Below are positions 39,521 to 52,825 of a DNA stretch of 64,000 nucleotides, in pieces; within the stretch, counting starts at the first letter, position 1, and each line of letters starts with the position of its first letter. Source of the DNA: Narcine bancroftii. Lineage: Eukaryota. The position numbers were made by a program, and so were the translations under genes. The stretch is taken from positions 162,812,001 to 162,876,000 of the forward strand of contig NC_091470.1 in assembly GCF_036971445.1 (NCBI RefSeq), given 5' to 3'. Under the pieces are notes generated by a model, which saw only the letters and a list, made by a program, of their open reading frames with translations, made no database searches and was not told where the DNA came from.

Positions 39521-40499
39521 TCAATTGTTACTTTTCTATAGAGACTAATCACCAAGGCTAATAGGATGTTAAACAACGTAGCCATAGCTGTTGAATATTA
39601 ATCAGAAGAAGTTATCACCAAGATATAGTGTGCCAGTCAAACAGTATACTGATATTTCATCCACTTTCTGCTCATGAAGAATCTTGTAGATGAAACTGTA
39701 AAAGTGAGAATTTTGAATTGTAACCAATTATGGTTTTTAGGCATGTAACGGCACAATCAAGGAATTTTTCCGCTACATGGGCAGTCTAAAGAGGAACGCG
39801 CACAAATTTTGAGTCGATTCCTGCCCCGCGATTTATCCTACAACCTTTTGGAGGAAGCCTGCAGCGTCAATCGTGCCAGAAAAATACATTGTTGGTCATC
39901 CACTCTACTGCGCACGTCCAACCACCGGGACTGTTGCACTCAGGTACTTGCAGTCTAAAAAGGCGCCTGATGTGAACAATCAAACGGGCAGTAATTATGT
40001 TAATTTTGCGATTTTCCCAACATTGCCATCTAAAAACCAGGATTGCTGGATTTCAAAGGCACTCAGCTGACTGTAGGATTGAAAAATGCTATTTAAAGGT
40101 AAGTATTCATTTTTTTTGTAGGAAGGAAAGGTAAGAGATGCTGGAGATTTGCTACAAAAGTCAGTGCAATAATCATGGCTGGCCTTAATCAAATTGGCAA
40201 AGATAGCCTTCAGAATGCATTTGAAAATACTTCACCAATGTGTTTGAATGTATTCTCATTTAAGATAGTTTCCCCAGAAAAATACACTGTAAATCTACTA
40301 AGAGAACAGGCTATTTTAGATCTGATATGTGTTGTCTGATGAGATTGATGAAAACTTGCAAAACAATGTGAGAGAATTTCCCCTTCCATTTGTAAGTGAC
40401 AAATCCCAAACTAGAGTCGAGCTTAAATAGAATAAATTTTATAGTTAACGGAGTAGGGGTGACGAAAGTGGTTGAGAAAATATTACGTTCTTTGCTTAT

Positions 40500-40622
40500 T
40501 TCTTGAAGAAGGGCTCACTCAGGCAGAAACATCAGCAATATATCTTTATCTCCTATGGATGCTGCAAGTATTTTGCTGTGTTTTTACTACAATCACAACA
40601 TCTGCAGGATTCCGCGTTTCAC
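40500..40622 (+). mobile_element. Penelope-like terminal fragment
   Basis: cttgaagaagggctcactcaggcagaaacatc...tcctatggatgctg, homologous to 57750-57855. Confidence 0.6.
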
Positions 40623-40914
40623 TGAGAAAATATGATTAAAAGGTATGACAGTAGATTTGCAAAGGAAAACATTTAAGGAAATAAACATGGATTACATTGG
40701 AAAAACTTAGCAGAGATAGACAAACAGATTTGATGTTCCGTCAAATGTTCCCCAGCTATGCCTGCCCTTCATCAAGTTCAAATTCAAGTAGCCGTCATTT
40801 GTCAATTTAAAACCAAACTGAAAATGCAGTACGCATCAACTGAAATGTTAAATCCACAACTACTATCTGACCTGCTGAGTGTTTCCTGCATCTTTGCTCT
40901 GTCTGCTGTTAAAA

Positions 40915-41400
40915 CAGGGGACCTCCCAGTGGCCAACCACTTTAATTTCATTGACCATTCCCACGCCGGAACCTATGTCCATGTACTGCCAAATTGAGAA
41001 ATTGAGGCTACCCACAAAACTTAATATTCTGTCTAGGCACTCTTCAACCAGATGGTATCAACACTGACTTCTCAAATTTCCATTAACACCCCCTTCCCCA
41101 AGTCTCTCTCCTTTCCTACAGCTCCCACCCCTTTCCCTATCCTCTTCCTTCAGAGAGCTAACCCCCCTCTCCCAATCATTTCTTTGATTCTTTTTCTCCA
41201 CTACCCTCTCACCTCACCTGTTCACCTGTCCTCCTTCCCCTGCTCCTTCATCACCCTCATCCACTCCCACCTTTTTATTCAGGTGTCTGTCTGCTTTTTG
41301 CTTGCACATTGGGCTCAAGCCTTCACTTCTGATTGATGGTGCACGGAGTGAAGCCACGGGTATCTGCAAGGGCCCCAGCTATGCCTGCCTTTCTGTTGAC
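40915..41400 (+). mobile_element. Penelope-like element: GIY-YIG endonuclease C-terminus, pyrimidine tract and RT fragment
   Basis: GDLPVANHFN..HSH, then (frameshifted) LIFCLGTLQPDGINTDFSNF. At 41345-41400 there is a GPSYACL RT motif. Confidence 0.75.
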
Positions 41401-41789
41401 TAGAGCTATTGTGCAATCCCAGTGTTTGCATACTTTGAACTCCAAAATCTAACAGTTGTATTTTTATCTATTTGATAACATTTTAAAGATTTATTTTTAT
41501 TTCCCTTGTTTCAAACTGTACTTGTATTTCATTTCTGAATTCAAATTATGAGTCCACTCTTTGGTGTTACATGGCCGCTATGGGATGCTTATTACCTTTC
41601 GAGATTTTAATCTTACAGGCAAAGACTACCTTCAGATCACACTGCAGTGAGGAGAGGAGAATCCCACAGTCTTATAAATTTGAGAATAGTTTGTAAAACT
41701 GAAAACCAATGTTTTACAGTATTAACAAACTGTAATTAAAATGATACATCCTACTTTAAATTTAATGTCACCATTTATTTTAATTAAAT

Positions 41790-42015
41790 TTAGACATACA
41801 TCATGGTAATAAGCCCTTCCCACCCACAAGGCCGAGACCCCCCCCAAATACACCAATTAGCCTACAATCCCTGTACGGTTTGAAGGGTGGGAGAAAACTG
41901 GAGCACCTGGAGGCAACCCACTGCAGACCTGGGTAGAATATACAAACTTCTTACAGACAGTGCCGGATTCGAACCTGGGTTACTGACGCTGTAATAGCGT
42001 TGCGCTAACTGTGCC
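41790..42015 (-). mobile_element. tRNA-derived V-domain SINE, near full length
   Basis: Perfect Pol III B-box GGTTCGAATCC on the minus strand (41965-41975) plus the V-domain. Homologous to 1-210. Confidence 0.8.
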
Positions 42016-42975
42016 ACAAAGATTCATGGGTGTTTTAGAAATGTTATTTGTTAATTTTATATTGGGCGTGGCATTAAAACTCAGGAAGATGTTTGGGGCA
42101 CACAGGAAAAAAAAATTGATATTAAAAATCTAACCTCTGAACCACTTAATAACTCATGAATCCCTTGAGGGTCCCTTTCGCAGCTCTGTGCGTATGTATC
42201 TAAAAATTGCCAAAAATTATAACATGCAGTCTGTGCCATGCAAGATTTGGCAGTCAAGTTGAATGCTGATCTCTATCAGAAGCTAGTGAGCAAGAAGGAA
42301 TGGCTTGTGTGGTGCCCTAAGTACCTGGAAAGTAGCCGGTTAATAACAGCTTGGATGATCCTGTTTTGTTTCTGTACTTGAAAAAAGAAGGAAGAGAAAA
42401 TAGGGAACTAAAGACAATTTAGTTGGAAAAATGCAGGGATACATTATTAAGAAGGTATCAGAATTCTTATTCACACTTATAGAACATGCCAGCATAGTTC
42501 AAGCATTTCGATCCACTATATTGTGCTGACCTAGTATATAAACCTACTTAACACTCTTAGATAGATAGGAAATTAAGTTGTGAGGAAGGCAATGGATGTA
42601 GTCTATATATAAGAGACTAAATAACATAAATAGACATCGTCAAAGAGGCAAAGAGGCAAAGACTGCAAAGGGATAAAAATATTACAGGTTCCATGATCTT
42701 GTGAGGTTACCACTTTATTCGGAAGTATAGTTTTTAGGACTTGAGAGAAACAAAAGGTGAGGAGAACAGGATTGAACCTACTGTATATTTTGGTGGATAA
42801 GATGACCTTCAGATAAGACGGGATCAAATTACACCCTGAATTTCATGGTATTAGCTCATATTTGTCGTATAAGGCGATCCACTAATTTTCTGCTTGACGC
42901 CTCAGAGCCGCAAGGAACGTGCCGGAGACGGATGTTCAGGCCTCCCAGCAACAACCCAAACTTTAGGCCCTTTTA

Positions 42976-43575
42976 GGCCCTTTCACACTTAATTGGCATG
43001 TGAATGATCCATCTTTAAAGGCAGGTCGTGTTGTTCACACTGAACCAAGAAATGCTGGGTCAGTGTGACCTTTTACTTAAGCAAGCCAGCATCCTGGAGC
43101 AAAAGGACGTGGGACCTGTAGCATTACAGTGCCAATGTCCTGTGAGATGTATAATATACGCGCCGGTCAGTGACCTTTCTCTGTACACAATAATGGCTTG
43201 CATATTTTCTTAACTTCCCAATTCACAGACATTGTTAAGTTAATATTATATCTAATTCTGTCCTGGCTGTCGTGAACTCGTTGCTGCTGGTTCAAGTTTA
43301 AATCTCCTCCTGGTAAGTCGTTCACATTCAATGTCATCAATGTGTCACTGCCTTCAACCTTCCTGGACTTGGCAAGCCCTAATACTTTTAGACGGAAGCT
43401 GTTGTGAAACACATTGGGTCTGATACTACCTAGCTTGGTAGTATCAGACATGGGATGAAAATGACTCCCCCCCCCCCACCCCCCCCCCCATCCCACCTTC
43501 ATTGCATTTATATAGGTAGGTGAAGGGGTTAAAAGGCAGTTAATTCCTGTCTTTTAACGGCTGTGTAAAAGGGGC
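42976..43575. mobile_element. Non-autonomous PIF/Harbinger-like element
   Basis: Imperfect TIRs GGCCCTTTCACAC / GTGTAAAAGGGGC, with internal ttcaca/tgtgaa motifs. Confidence 0.5.
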
Positions 43576-44849
43576 TTTTGTAACAACATTCCAAATGTCA
43601 AATAACAAATCTGTAATTTAAGCAATAACAGTGAAAAAACCCCAAAATCTTTGCTTCTGGCTGGGAAGATGCCAAACGAAACTGGGTCCAAGTCTTCAGC
43701 ATCAGCTGCAGCCAGAGTTGGTGACAGTAACTCCATTCTTAAAATAGGGTGAGGTGCCGTCTGCATGGAAAAGGTCACCTTGGGCTCCTGGGCAGGAGCG
43801 GTGACCTCGGGCTCTACAATTCTTTTTTTTAAAACAATTTACAATTGGTGTCAAGGACCGGCAGCGCGGTGGGGAGGTGTCGGCATTGAGGAGGTGTCGG
43901 GACCAGCGGCAATGAGGAGGCGGTCGCTTTTCTGGCCAGCCTCCTGTTTTTGTATCTGCCCTATAAGATGCCCCCTTTTATTGGAGTGTTCTTTGGGTGC
44001 TTCAAGGGTCACCTTATCTGCTGAAATATACGGTAGATTTCTGGAGCTATAAGGCAGTAGCTTTGTTAGTTGTGCTCCTGTACCAGTCCGTTTCACCTCA
44101 TGAATTTCTGGAAGCCAAGATCGGAATCACGTTGGGTAAAATGCCCATTGGTGAATGAGATGGATTCTGTAGGGTTGATTGGCTCCAGTTCCATTTTTAA
44201 TCTATGACATTCCTAGATTGTTTCAGAAACTGACAATATATTAGAAGCTAAAGCAAGTTTTGATGGAAGCAAGGTTATCTACTTTCTAACAGCCCAAAAG
44301 GCTAAAAGCTGCTGGGAATTCAAGAAAAAAAAATGAAGCTCACTAATAAATGCGCAATAAAAGAAATGGAGCACTTGAATATTCATAAGACAACAGCAAA
44401 AGATGGAATGCATCCAAAAATACTTGTAGAGGTGAAGGAGCTGTGACTGAAATTTTTTATAGCTCATTAACTAATGGGAGAGAACCAGGGAATTGGAAAA
44501 TACCTAATGTTGTTCTAATACTTTCAATAGCATCACATACGTGATCATGGGACAAATTTTAAAATTTGTTTATTTTAAAAAAATCTTGGGTGAGTGGAGA
44601 AGACCTATAGTGTAGGACAACTCCAAGGTTGGAAAGAGTAAGGAGGGAGGATGATGTCAATTGTGTGGTGGTTTATTGATTCTTAGCTTCTGCTAAATGC
44701 ATTGTAGAACACAAGAGGACATTTTCTTTTTACTTCACAGGATCAAGAATCTATGATTGGATTCCAACATGGGGGTTTGCACAGCCTAAATGCCTTTCAA
44801 GCTATTAAAAAATAATAACCAATGTTCATACTAATTTCCAGATATGTTC

Positions 44850-45190
44850 CATGGAGGTGCAGTATTAATTACCTTATTAGACTCATAATCCAGAGCCTGG
44901 ACTAACATTTCACAGAAATAGATTCAAACTGGATCATGCCAACTGCTGAATTTAAATTCTGTTAATTAAGCAATCTGGAATTCAAAAGGCAGGAGTTTCA
45001 GTAAAGTTGACCATGAAAGCACCAACCTTCTTGTATGAAAAACTGCTGCCCTTGTCTCTTCTGTAGGTACCTCCAGCCCACCGCAATGTGGCTGAACCTA
45101 AAGTAGGCTTCCATACAGCGGATCAAGAAGGTAGTCCACAAGAGGAATTCTGGAAGGACATTAAGTACTGACTTTGCCAATTCCTGAAAA
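44850..45190 (+). mobile_element. Decayed SINE (same family as 51420-51780)
   Basis: Shares gctg..gaattt..attc...taattaa.caa.tct.gaa and ca.tgtgg.tga motifs with 51420-51780. Confidence 0.45.
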
Positions 45191-45224
45191 ATTAGTACAT
45201 TTCATTGGATGGCGTAAACCTAGA

Positions 45225-45603
45225 AGCACTCCAGAGGATTGTTAACTCAGCCTGCGACATCACAGGCACCAGCCTTCACTTCATCAAAGGACATCTACAA
45301 GAGGTGGTGTCTTAAAGCAGGCTCTATCCTTCCTCAAGGAGCCCCACCACCCTGGCCATGCCCTTTTCACTCTGCTATCTTCGGAGGAAAAGCACAGGAG
45401 CCTGAAGTTAAGCACTCAGCGACAGGCTCTTCCCCTCTGCCATCAGATTCCTGAATGAATAATGAACCCCAGGCACTTTGTCTTTCTCTTTTCCTTGCAT
45501 TGTTTTTATTTATTTTGTAATGTGGTTTTTATATAAATGTTTGCACTGTGTTGGTGCTGAAAAATAATCAATTTCATGACTTGTTCATAATAATAAATTC
45601 TAA
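45225..45603 (+). mobile_element. Rex1/Babar LINE 3' fragment
   Basis: Homologous to 16630-17050 (ccagaggattgttaact...ttcccctctgccatcagattcctgaatgaa). Confidence 0.8.
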
Positions 45604-46019
45604 AGTCATGTATCATAGTGTTCACTGACAGTCCATCCCCTGTTAGCCTCTTCAGGGAAACCCTGTAATCTATGATTTTCTTAATTTATTTTTCCCTTGA
45701 TCCATGTCCAATATCTTTGATGTTATCCTTTTATCTTTGTTTTAATCACTTTATTCCTTTTTATGGAAACCTGGGACAGGAATATTCGTACCATAAATTT
45801 CTTTACTCACTTTCACTTTGGACTATCTCAATTTGTTTCTGGTGTGTGTGGAAGCTAACCGCCTGCCTTTCATTGAATCTGCAGTGCACCTGAGCTTGTG
45901 CTGTGCGGTTCTATGTACTGGGCATAATGTACTACACGGAGCCATTGGCACAAGCAAATTGAAGGCTGAACTGATGTCTGTGGTTGACATAATTTTCCCT
46001 TTTTCCATGATTGAGACTC

Positions 46020-46400
46020 TTCTTAATGTAGGTTCATTCAGCGCAAATTTGGGGAGGTTTTGTATGACATCAGAAACCCTGGCAAATTTCTGGTGGAAAG
46101 TGCGTTGACCAGCTGCATCAGGTATGGGGGACACCAATACCCCCGAGCATAAAGCCCTCCAAAAGATAGTGGACGCCACAGGCATCTACAGGGAACACTG
46201 CTGTCGGAGAGCAGCAGCAATCGTCAAAGGCCCGGACCACCCAGCACACGATCTGTTCTCGCTGCTGCCATCAGGAAAGAGGTCTAGGTGCCACAAAAAA
46301 TCATACCACCAGGTTCAGGAACAGCTAATCCCCCTCTACCATCAGACTCTTCAATGAAAGACTCATTTAAAGACTCTTGTACAATTTATTGATTTTCTCA
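46020..46400 (+). mobile_element. Rex1/Babar LINE 3' fragment
   Basis: GDTNTPEHKALQKIVD...IYREHCCRRAAAIVKGPDHPAHDLFSLLPSGKR. Confidence 0.8.
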
Positions 46401-46408
46401 GCCTGGTG

Positions 46409-46790
46409 TGTCATGACTCGTCTGTTTTGGTTTTTCACTCCCTTTGCCATTTCCTGTTAAGATTCCCTCCTGTGTGATTACCTACCCTGCCCTAGTATGT
46501 TTCACCTGTGTCTAATTACCCACCTGTGTCTTGTTAGCATCCCCTCCCCTTGTGTATTTGTGCCCTCTTCCCTCGTTTCCAGTCTGTCTCAGCCCTTTGT
46601 TGCAAGAGGTCCAGCAGTCTTTCCTGGTGTCAGCCTACTTGTATGTGCTTTTGATCTTTGGACTATTTTATGACCCAGCCCTTGCTGATTGGACCATCTG
46701 TGTGCGGAATCTATGATGCCTAGTAAAGATTCTGATAAATTGCCCAACTGAACTGTCTCTGAGCTGTGTGTTTGGGTCTATTCTTTGACA
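46409..46790 (+). mobile_element. Probable solo LTR (fish Gypsy-type)
   Basis: TGTCA...TGACA termini, repeated cacctgtgtc motifs and an agtaaa polyA-like signal. No clean TSD. Confidence 0.5.
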
Positions 46791-47859
46791 GCCTAATTCC
46801 TTGTTATTTGGCTCTGATAAACCTGGATTCTCTTTCCTGAAGAGAGTAGCTGGAGGGTAGACGGGTCCTCCCTAACTTTCAAGCCCTCTTCTTCATCCCT
46901 GGGGTGGATAACTAAAAATACATACAAAATTCAATGGAATTGAAGTATTTTTCTGAATAATTTGTGGCACCTTTCTAATGCCTAGAATGCCAATTCAATA
47001 ACTTGGACCTGATTTGCAACAAGCACATTACTAGGCCAAGGATGCCAGTGGATCCTTCCTCAGGCTCTAATCTTTTTGTGATCATCAAGCTATATTTTTA
47101 CCCGTCTTGTGATCCCATCTGTGCCCTTGTGCAATAGCGCGTTCTCAAGTTCTCTTGAAAGAATCCAGAGTCCATGCACACTGCACTAGGTGGCAGCTTA
47201 TTCCACAAGTTAACAAATTTGGAAAAGTTTCTTCCAGATTCTCAGCTAACTGATCTAATTCATTTCAATGTTGTCTTTAGCTTGCATTCCCCCATTTCTC
47301 ATATTCAAAACGCTGATCCACATTTCTGCTCTGTCTTTAGCAAATTAAGAAATGATCTTGTGGTAGGAGAACAGGGCTCTGAAGGTGTCCCCATTGTTGC
47401 TGTTGAAAGCCAGTGGTGGCTCCAGCAGCTGCTGGATAAATGTGGTTCTGCTCCCACATGTTGCTAGATGTGCATTCAGGGAGCTTTCTGCCAGGATGTT
47501 CCCCCAGCGCTGGTGTGGCACTTCAAACATGTTGCCTCTCAGTGGCAACAGCAGTCCCCTTTTCCCAGAAGCACCAGCGGACTGAACACCTGGTTCAAAA
47601 ACCAATTGGGCCAGTAAACTCAACACCCTAGACGTTGAGCAGCAAGGAATTTCCACAGACATTGGCCAAATTTTGCAGTAGGGTCTCCTCAGACACCGTT
47701 GTGCTCTTCTGAAGGTATTGGGTTGTCCAGAAATGAGACTTCATAGACAGGTAATGAAATTTAATTCAAGTTATCCAATCTGCCATTCAAAAACATATAT
47801 CCATTAAAACTGTCAGTAAATTGCTGAAGTATAATTGGCCATTAATGTTTCAGAGGTGG

Positions 47860-48490
47860 AGATGACTTGCTTGACTTTCATTGCTAGAGTGACTGAATTT
47901 AAGAGCAGGGAGGTCAGGATGCAACTGTACAAAGTAATGGTGAGACTGTATTTGGAGTGCTGTGTGGATTTCTGGACTTCCTTGAGAAAGGATCCGTTGG
48001 CTTTGGAGGTGGGGCAGAGGAGGTTCACTAGGTTGATTCCAGGAATGAAGGGATTGGCCTATGAGGAGAGATTGAGTTGTCTTGGACTATATTCACTGAA
48101 ATTAGAAGAATATGAGGAGATCTTAAGAAACGTATCAATATTTAACTATGCCTGTCATAATTTTGTGTAGGTAAGTTGTTTCCATTGGTAGGAAATATCG
48201 GAACTAGGGAACATAGCCTCAAGATTTAGGGCAGTAGATCTAGGGCAGAATTGCAGAGGAGCTGCTTTTCCCAAAGGTTGGCCATTCTATGGAATTTGCT
48301 GCATGCACATTGAAGTGGCGGAGGTGACCTCTTAAATATATTTAAGACCAGGTTGAAAGACCAGGTTATATAGTAAGGAAATTAAAGGATATGTCGAAAA
48401 GGCAAGAAGGTGAAAATCATATCACATTGAATGATGGAGCAGGTTTGATGGGCCAGATGACCTACTCCTGCAATTATTTATGACATGGTT
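47860..48490 (+). mobile_element. CR1 LINE 3' end
   Basis: FIARVTEFKSREVRMQLYKVMVRLYLECCVDFWTSLRKDPLALEVGQRRFTRLIPGMKGLAYEERLSCLGLYSL, with the tail gatgggccagatgacctactcctgc. Confidence 0.9.
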
Positions 48491-50124
48491 CTTGTCCTTG
48501 CATAGTGGGCAGTAGAAATTTGCTGCAAAGATGTTTTGCTGTGCATAATAAAAGCTCAGTAGAACATCTACACATCTTCTCAGGGAAACTGAGAATGAGG
48601 AATGAATAAATCCTTGACAAACCATTTGAATTAGTATTTTCTGTGGAATCTCCTCTCTTTCCCCTTCTCCCCCCCAAACCACCGCCACCACAAGATAAAA
48701 CATGCCTTGGGGATGTAACAAATCCATTTCCATTGGAAGCAGTTTTGCCTTTGAGTATTAAACTCAACATCTTAATCAAAGCTTAATACATTGAATTGTT
48801 TATATATTGATCTGGCTATCAATGTAATTAGTTGGAATGGGTGAAGCAACTGCATGTAATTATTAACAGACAGTCAGATGACAAGTCTCCAATGTAATGA
48901 AAATATTTAGTTCCCAACTATTTAGAAAGTAATTACCTAATTACTCAGGCATGCTGCTGTGTAGCTTTCATTTTGAGTTCTCCTGTGCTGCAGAGTTGAC
49001 ATTGACGTGAAAGGGGATGTTAAAAACAGGTAAAAGGAATGAGAATGGTAAAGTTTTGGTAAGTAATTATGAATGCAGTCAGAAAGAATGTTTTGGGGAA
49101 AGCTTGCTTCAAGTGGAGCTGGTGATAAACTGCTTACCATGTGTTGAGAAGGTGGAAGTGTAAGACTTGACCAGTAAACAACAGTAATGAAATGAGGGGG
49201 AGAATGATGAAGAGAGGATATAGCGAGGAGATAAGAGTCATGGAGTTTTGCAGCACACAGAAACGGGCCTCTTGGCCCATTTTGTACATGTCAACCAAGT
49301 TGTCTACCCAACTTGAATAAATTCAGGAGGTGACCTGGAATTGGCTTTGAAAATGTCAATAGTGAGGTATGAAAAATTTAGCAAACTTCACAAGAGGAAC
49401 AATGGCATTGTTAACTGTAAAGTCTGCCAAAAGCATCACAATTCATCTTGATTGATAAGAGATTATTGGAGTTGAGAACACAAGCTCGGAGAGAAAGACC
49501 TCAATTCTGGTATCTCTCTGGAGTGGACGTTGGTTCTTCCAGTTGATATCAGAGAACCAATGCTCATTGCATCTGCTCCACCCATATTCAAAATGATTTC
49601 CTGATTGTCCCAACCTTTATTGTAATAAGCAACAGCTTGTAGATCAATAGAAGAGGCAGCAGAGGATTTTGATAATGTCTACTTCCTCCATCTGTCTTAT
49701 CTCAGGGACAACATAAAATTACTCAGAAGCTGTGAAGCAAAGAATAACCTCACTTGAGCATAACTGGAAGACAATTTCTCTACAAAGTCCTGGAAGAGTC
49801 AGAAATGATTGGATGTGAAATGGCAAACATCAAATGCACAGGTAAGGCAAGTTCTTGAAGCCCAATCTTGTCTGTCAAGGTGCACTTGAAATTTACTACT
49901 TTTTTATCTTTTCTCCATCTTTTTGGCACAGTAGTGTCAGATCTGAATCACTGAGACTTGGTGATTGAGCTCCAATGAGTATAGTTTATCTTTGAAACAA
50001 AGTGGCAGTCAATTTTTTTTTCATGAAAAGCCAAAGTTTCCCAATCACGTGTGTGCCATCAGCCTGACCCTCCTGAGGTAGAAAAGAGGGGAGGATCTAA
50101 GTGGATGATATCACCATCAAGTTT

Positions 50125-50640
50125 CTGCTTCTACTTCAACATCGTGGGTGTCAACATCTCTGAAGATGTGTAATGGCATGTGATGTAATCACAAATGTTT
50201 GCCAGCAGCTAAATGTCACGAGTTTGAGGAGACTCTTAATGAAGTTTTATTCAGCCAAAGACTCTTGCACATTTCTAAACATGTACCATGGAGAGCATTC
50301 TGGCTAGTTGCATCACTGGTATAGAGGTGCCAATGCACAGGACAGTTGTGAACTCAGCCAGCCCCATCACGGACACCAGTCTTCACTCCATTCAGGATAT
50401 CTACAAAAGCTCAAGAAAGTCTCTATCCTCAAGGACCTTCACCACCCAGACTACTACCACACTACTACCATCAGGAAGAGCCTGCGGATGAACGCCCCAA
50501 AAAAACCCCACTTCTACCCCTCTGTTATCAGATTTCTGAAGGGACAATGAACGACAGACACAACCTCACTTTCTCTTGTAATTGATACCAATATTTGCAC
50601 CTGAAATGCTGCTGTGAAACCACAAATTTCATGACTATTG
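50125..50640 (+). mobile_element. Rex1/Babar LINE 3' fragment
   Basis: MESILASCIT...SLHSIQDIY...LLPSGR...FYPSVIRFL. Confidence 0.75.
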
Positions 50641-51419
50641 ATTGTTTCTGATATTGTTGGCCCCATACTTTTTATTGGTTCTCAGCTAGAAGAGTGAACC
50701 CCTCCGCTGAATGGTCAACAAGAGCAAGATCTTCTTCCCCCTCCCTGAGCCAGTGGTGCCATCCAACAATTATCCAGCAACGAATATGAATTTAGAAATG
50801 AAGTGTCAAACCTCAGCATGTCTTCAATTACCTTTGTCTTTTGAGGTGTTTGTATATAAAAAAAATTCTGATTTATAGTAAAACAAAAAGTGGGAGACTT
50901 AAGACTGACTGTTTGGATCTTTTGAGCAAAGACCTCTGGGAAATCTTGTATTAAAGGAAGCAGGCTTGCAGATGAATTCTTCCTTTCCCAATTCTGTCAT
51001 TCCCTTGTGTCAACTTCCTGATTCTGAGGAAAGCTATTCATTTATAAATGCTTCGATAGTTCAAAACATAGGGAGTGGCCAACATGTGGGAAGAAGTTTA
51101 AGCATATTTGTCATTAAGTTTCTAGTTTTTCTATGCATAGACTAGCAGGTTATCTCTAACATTCATGCAAGCACAATTCCAGAACATAGAATTACAATTA
51201 AAAAGATTATTAGCACCAGGCAAGGGCACCACTGCTATGGGGTTCATTCAGGAGCCTAATGGCTAGTGCATGCTTTCACACTCAAGGGGTGTGCATTGAT
51301 CTGATTGGCCTACTTTGTGGCAATCATTGATAGAGGAAGGCCACCAGCTTGAGAGGAGCATATTGCATCCTAGTATTGTTGGTGTGCAGTTTCATTCATT
51401 CCAATTCTTGCATTGGGGT

Positions 51420-51780
51420 GGTGCTAGTATGGAGGCTAGGTCGAGAGACCTGGTTAATTGTTCTAGAGTGAGTTTGAAGCCCTCTGAGGCAGCTGGTGGG
51501 ATTCATTTCAGGTAATTAAACAAATCTAGAACATTAAGTTTGCATCACATACAGGATTTGTGGAAACAACCAGGCTGTTGCATTTGGTTCAAGAATGGCC
51601 TTCAAGGAAATTGGTCCTTATCAAAATTTGTCTGGCTTGTTAAAGATATCAGACGCACCATTGTGGTTGACGCATAACCACACTCCTCTGAAATGGTCTA
51701 CTCAGCCACTCCATTCAAGGACAATTGGAAATTATCAGTAAATGCTGGTCTTGGCCGTGACGTCCACACCCCATTGAGGG
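51420..51780 (+). mobile_element. Decayed SINE with a CR1-type tail
   Basis: Ends in taaatgctggtcttggccgtgacgtccacaccc, the same tail as the LINE at 7675-8300. Confidence 0.5.
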
Positions 51781-52065
51781 GAAAAAAATTGTGCAAACAT
51801 TGGAACAGCAGTAAGCTGCTTAGCCCTTTGATCCTGTTCTATGATTCATTGAAATCTAAAGCTGATACCTATCTTAATTGCATTCCTTTCATACATTGGC
51901 AATCAAAAATTTTGCAATTTCAATTTTGAAGACCTGGCTCCTGAATCATCCCTGAGCCCTGGCTCCAGTTTTTCAGGTTACATCCATTACTATGGCACCC
52001 CACTACAGGATATAGCTAATTTCCTTAAATGTGATTGCATTCAATTTTTATTTTCCTTCAATAAA

Positions 52066-52647
52066 CCCTGGGCAACAAAAGATTTTTTTTTCCTGATCAC
52101 TTATGGATCTTGGGCTGCTGAGCATGAAATCACCTTAATATTTTCCTATCACGCCCGCCTTTTTTGTATATAACCTATTTTTGTGATTTCCTGTCCTATT
52201 TTAAGTCGACTTCAAGCTACAAAACCACGAAGTGCAGCGTGTCATTGAAAATTCATTTTCTGCGTTTGCACTTGGACTCCTTCCCTGCTGATCTGGGTGC
52301 AATCAGTGTTGAACGTGGTGAACGGCTTCACCAGGACATTGTGACCACGGCAAAGCAGTATCAGGGCAACTAGAATCCATCAATGCTGGCCGACTATTGT
52401 TGCATACTGACGCAAGAGACATCAGATGCTGAGCACAGACAAAATGAGTGACCAAATATTTTTAGGGCAGTTAAACTAATGTGATGTTAACATTGTTCAT
52501 GTGATTAAAAACACTAAAATTCAACAAAAATGAATTTAATGTATCTCCAACTTCCTACATGGTACAGCAAATGTGAAATTAGCTTGAAGTTGTCAATCAA
52601 AATCTGTAATTTAAGAGACAAACCTTTTGAAAAATATTTGTTCAGTG
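52066..52647 (+). mobile_element. Chapaev3-like (CMC) DNA transposon deletion derivative
   Basis: Transposase C-terminal relic SLKIHFLRLHLDSFPADLGAISVERGERLHQDIVTTAKQYQGN*NPSMLADYC. Ends CCCTGGGCAACAAA / TTTGTTCAGTG approximate CACTG-type TIRs. Confidence 0.65.
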
Positions 52648-52825
52648 TGATGTGTAGTCACTTGATTTGTTCCTTCTAGGCCTGCAACTGCCCTGCTTAA
52701 TCTGTTCTGCATCTTTCTAAAATCAATATTCCCATCCTGAGGTGCATTAAGTGAATGCAACAGTGCTTTGTGACTATTTATAACTTTTGTTTCCAGTGGT
52801 CATAAAATAATAATCTTTAAGCATT

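Noticed and set aside
41940-42015. tRNA-like sequence with a perfect B-box
   Set aside because: It is the head of a SINE, continuous with the V-domain, and not a tRNA gene.
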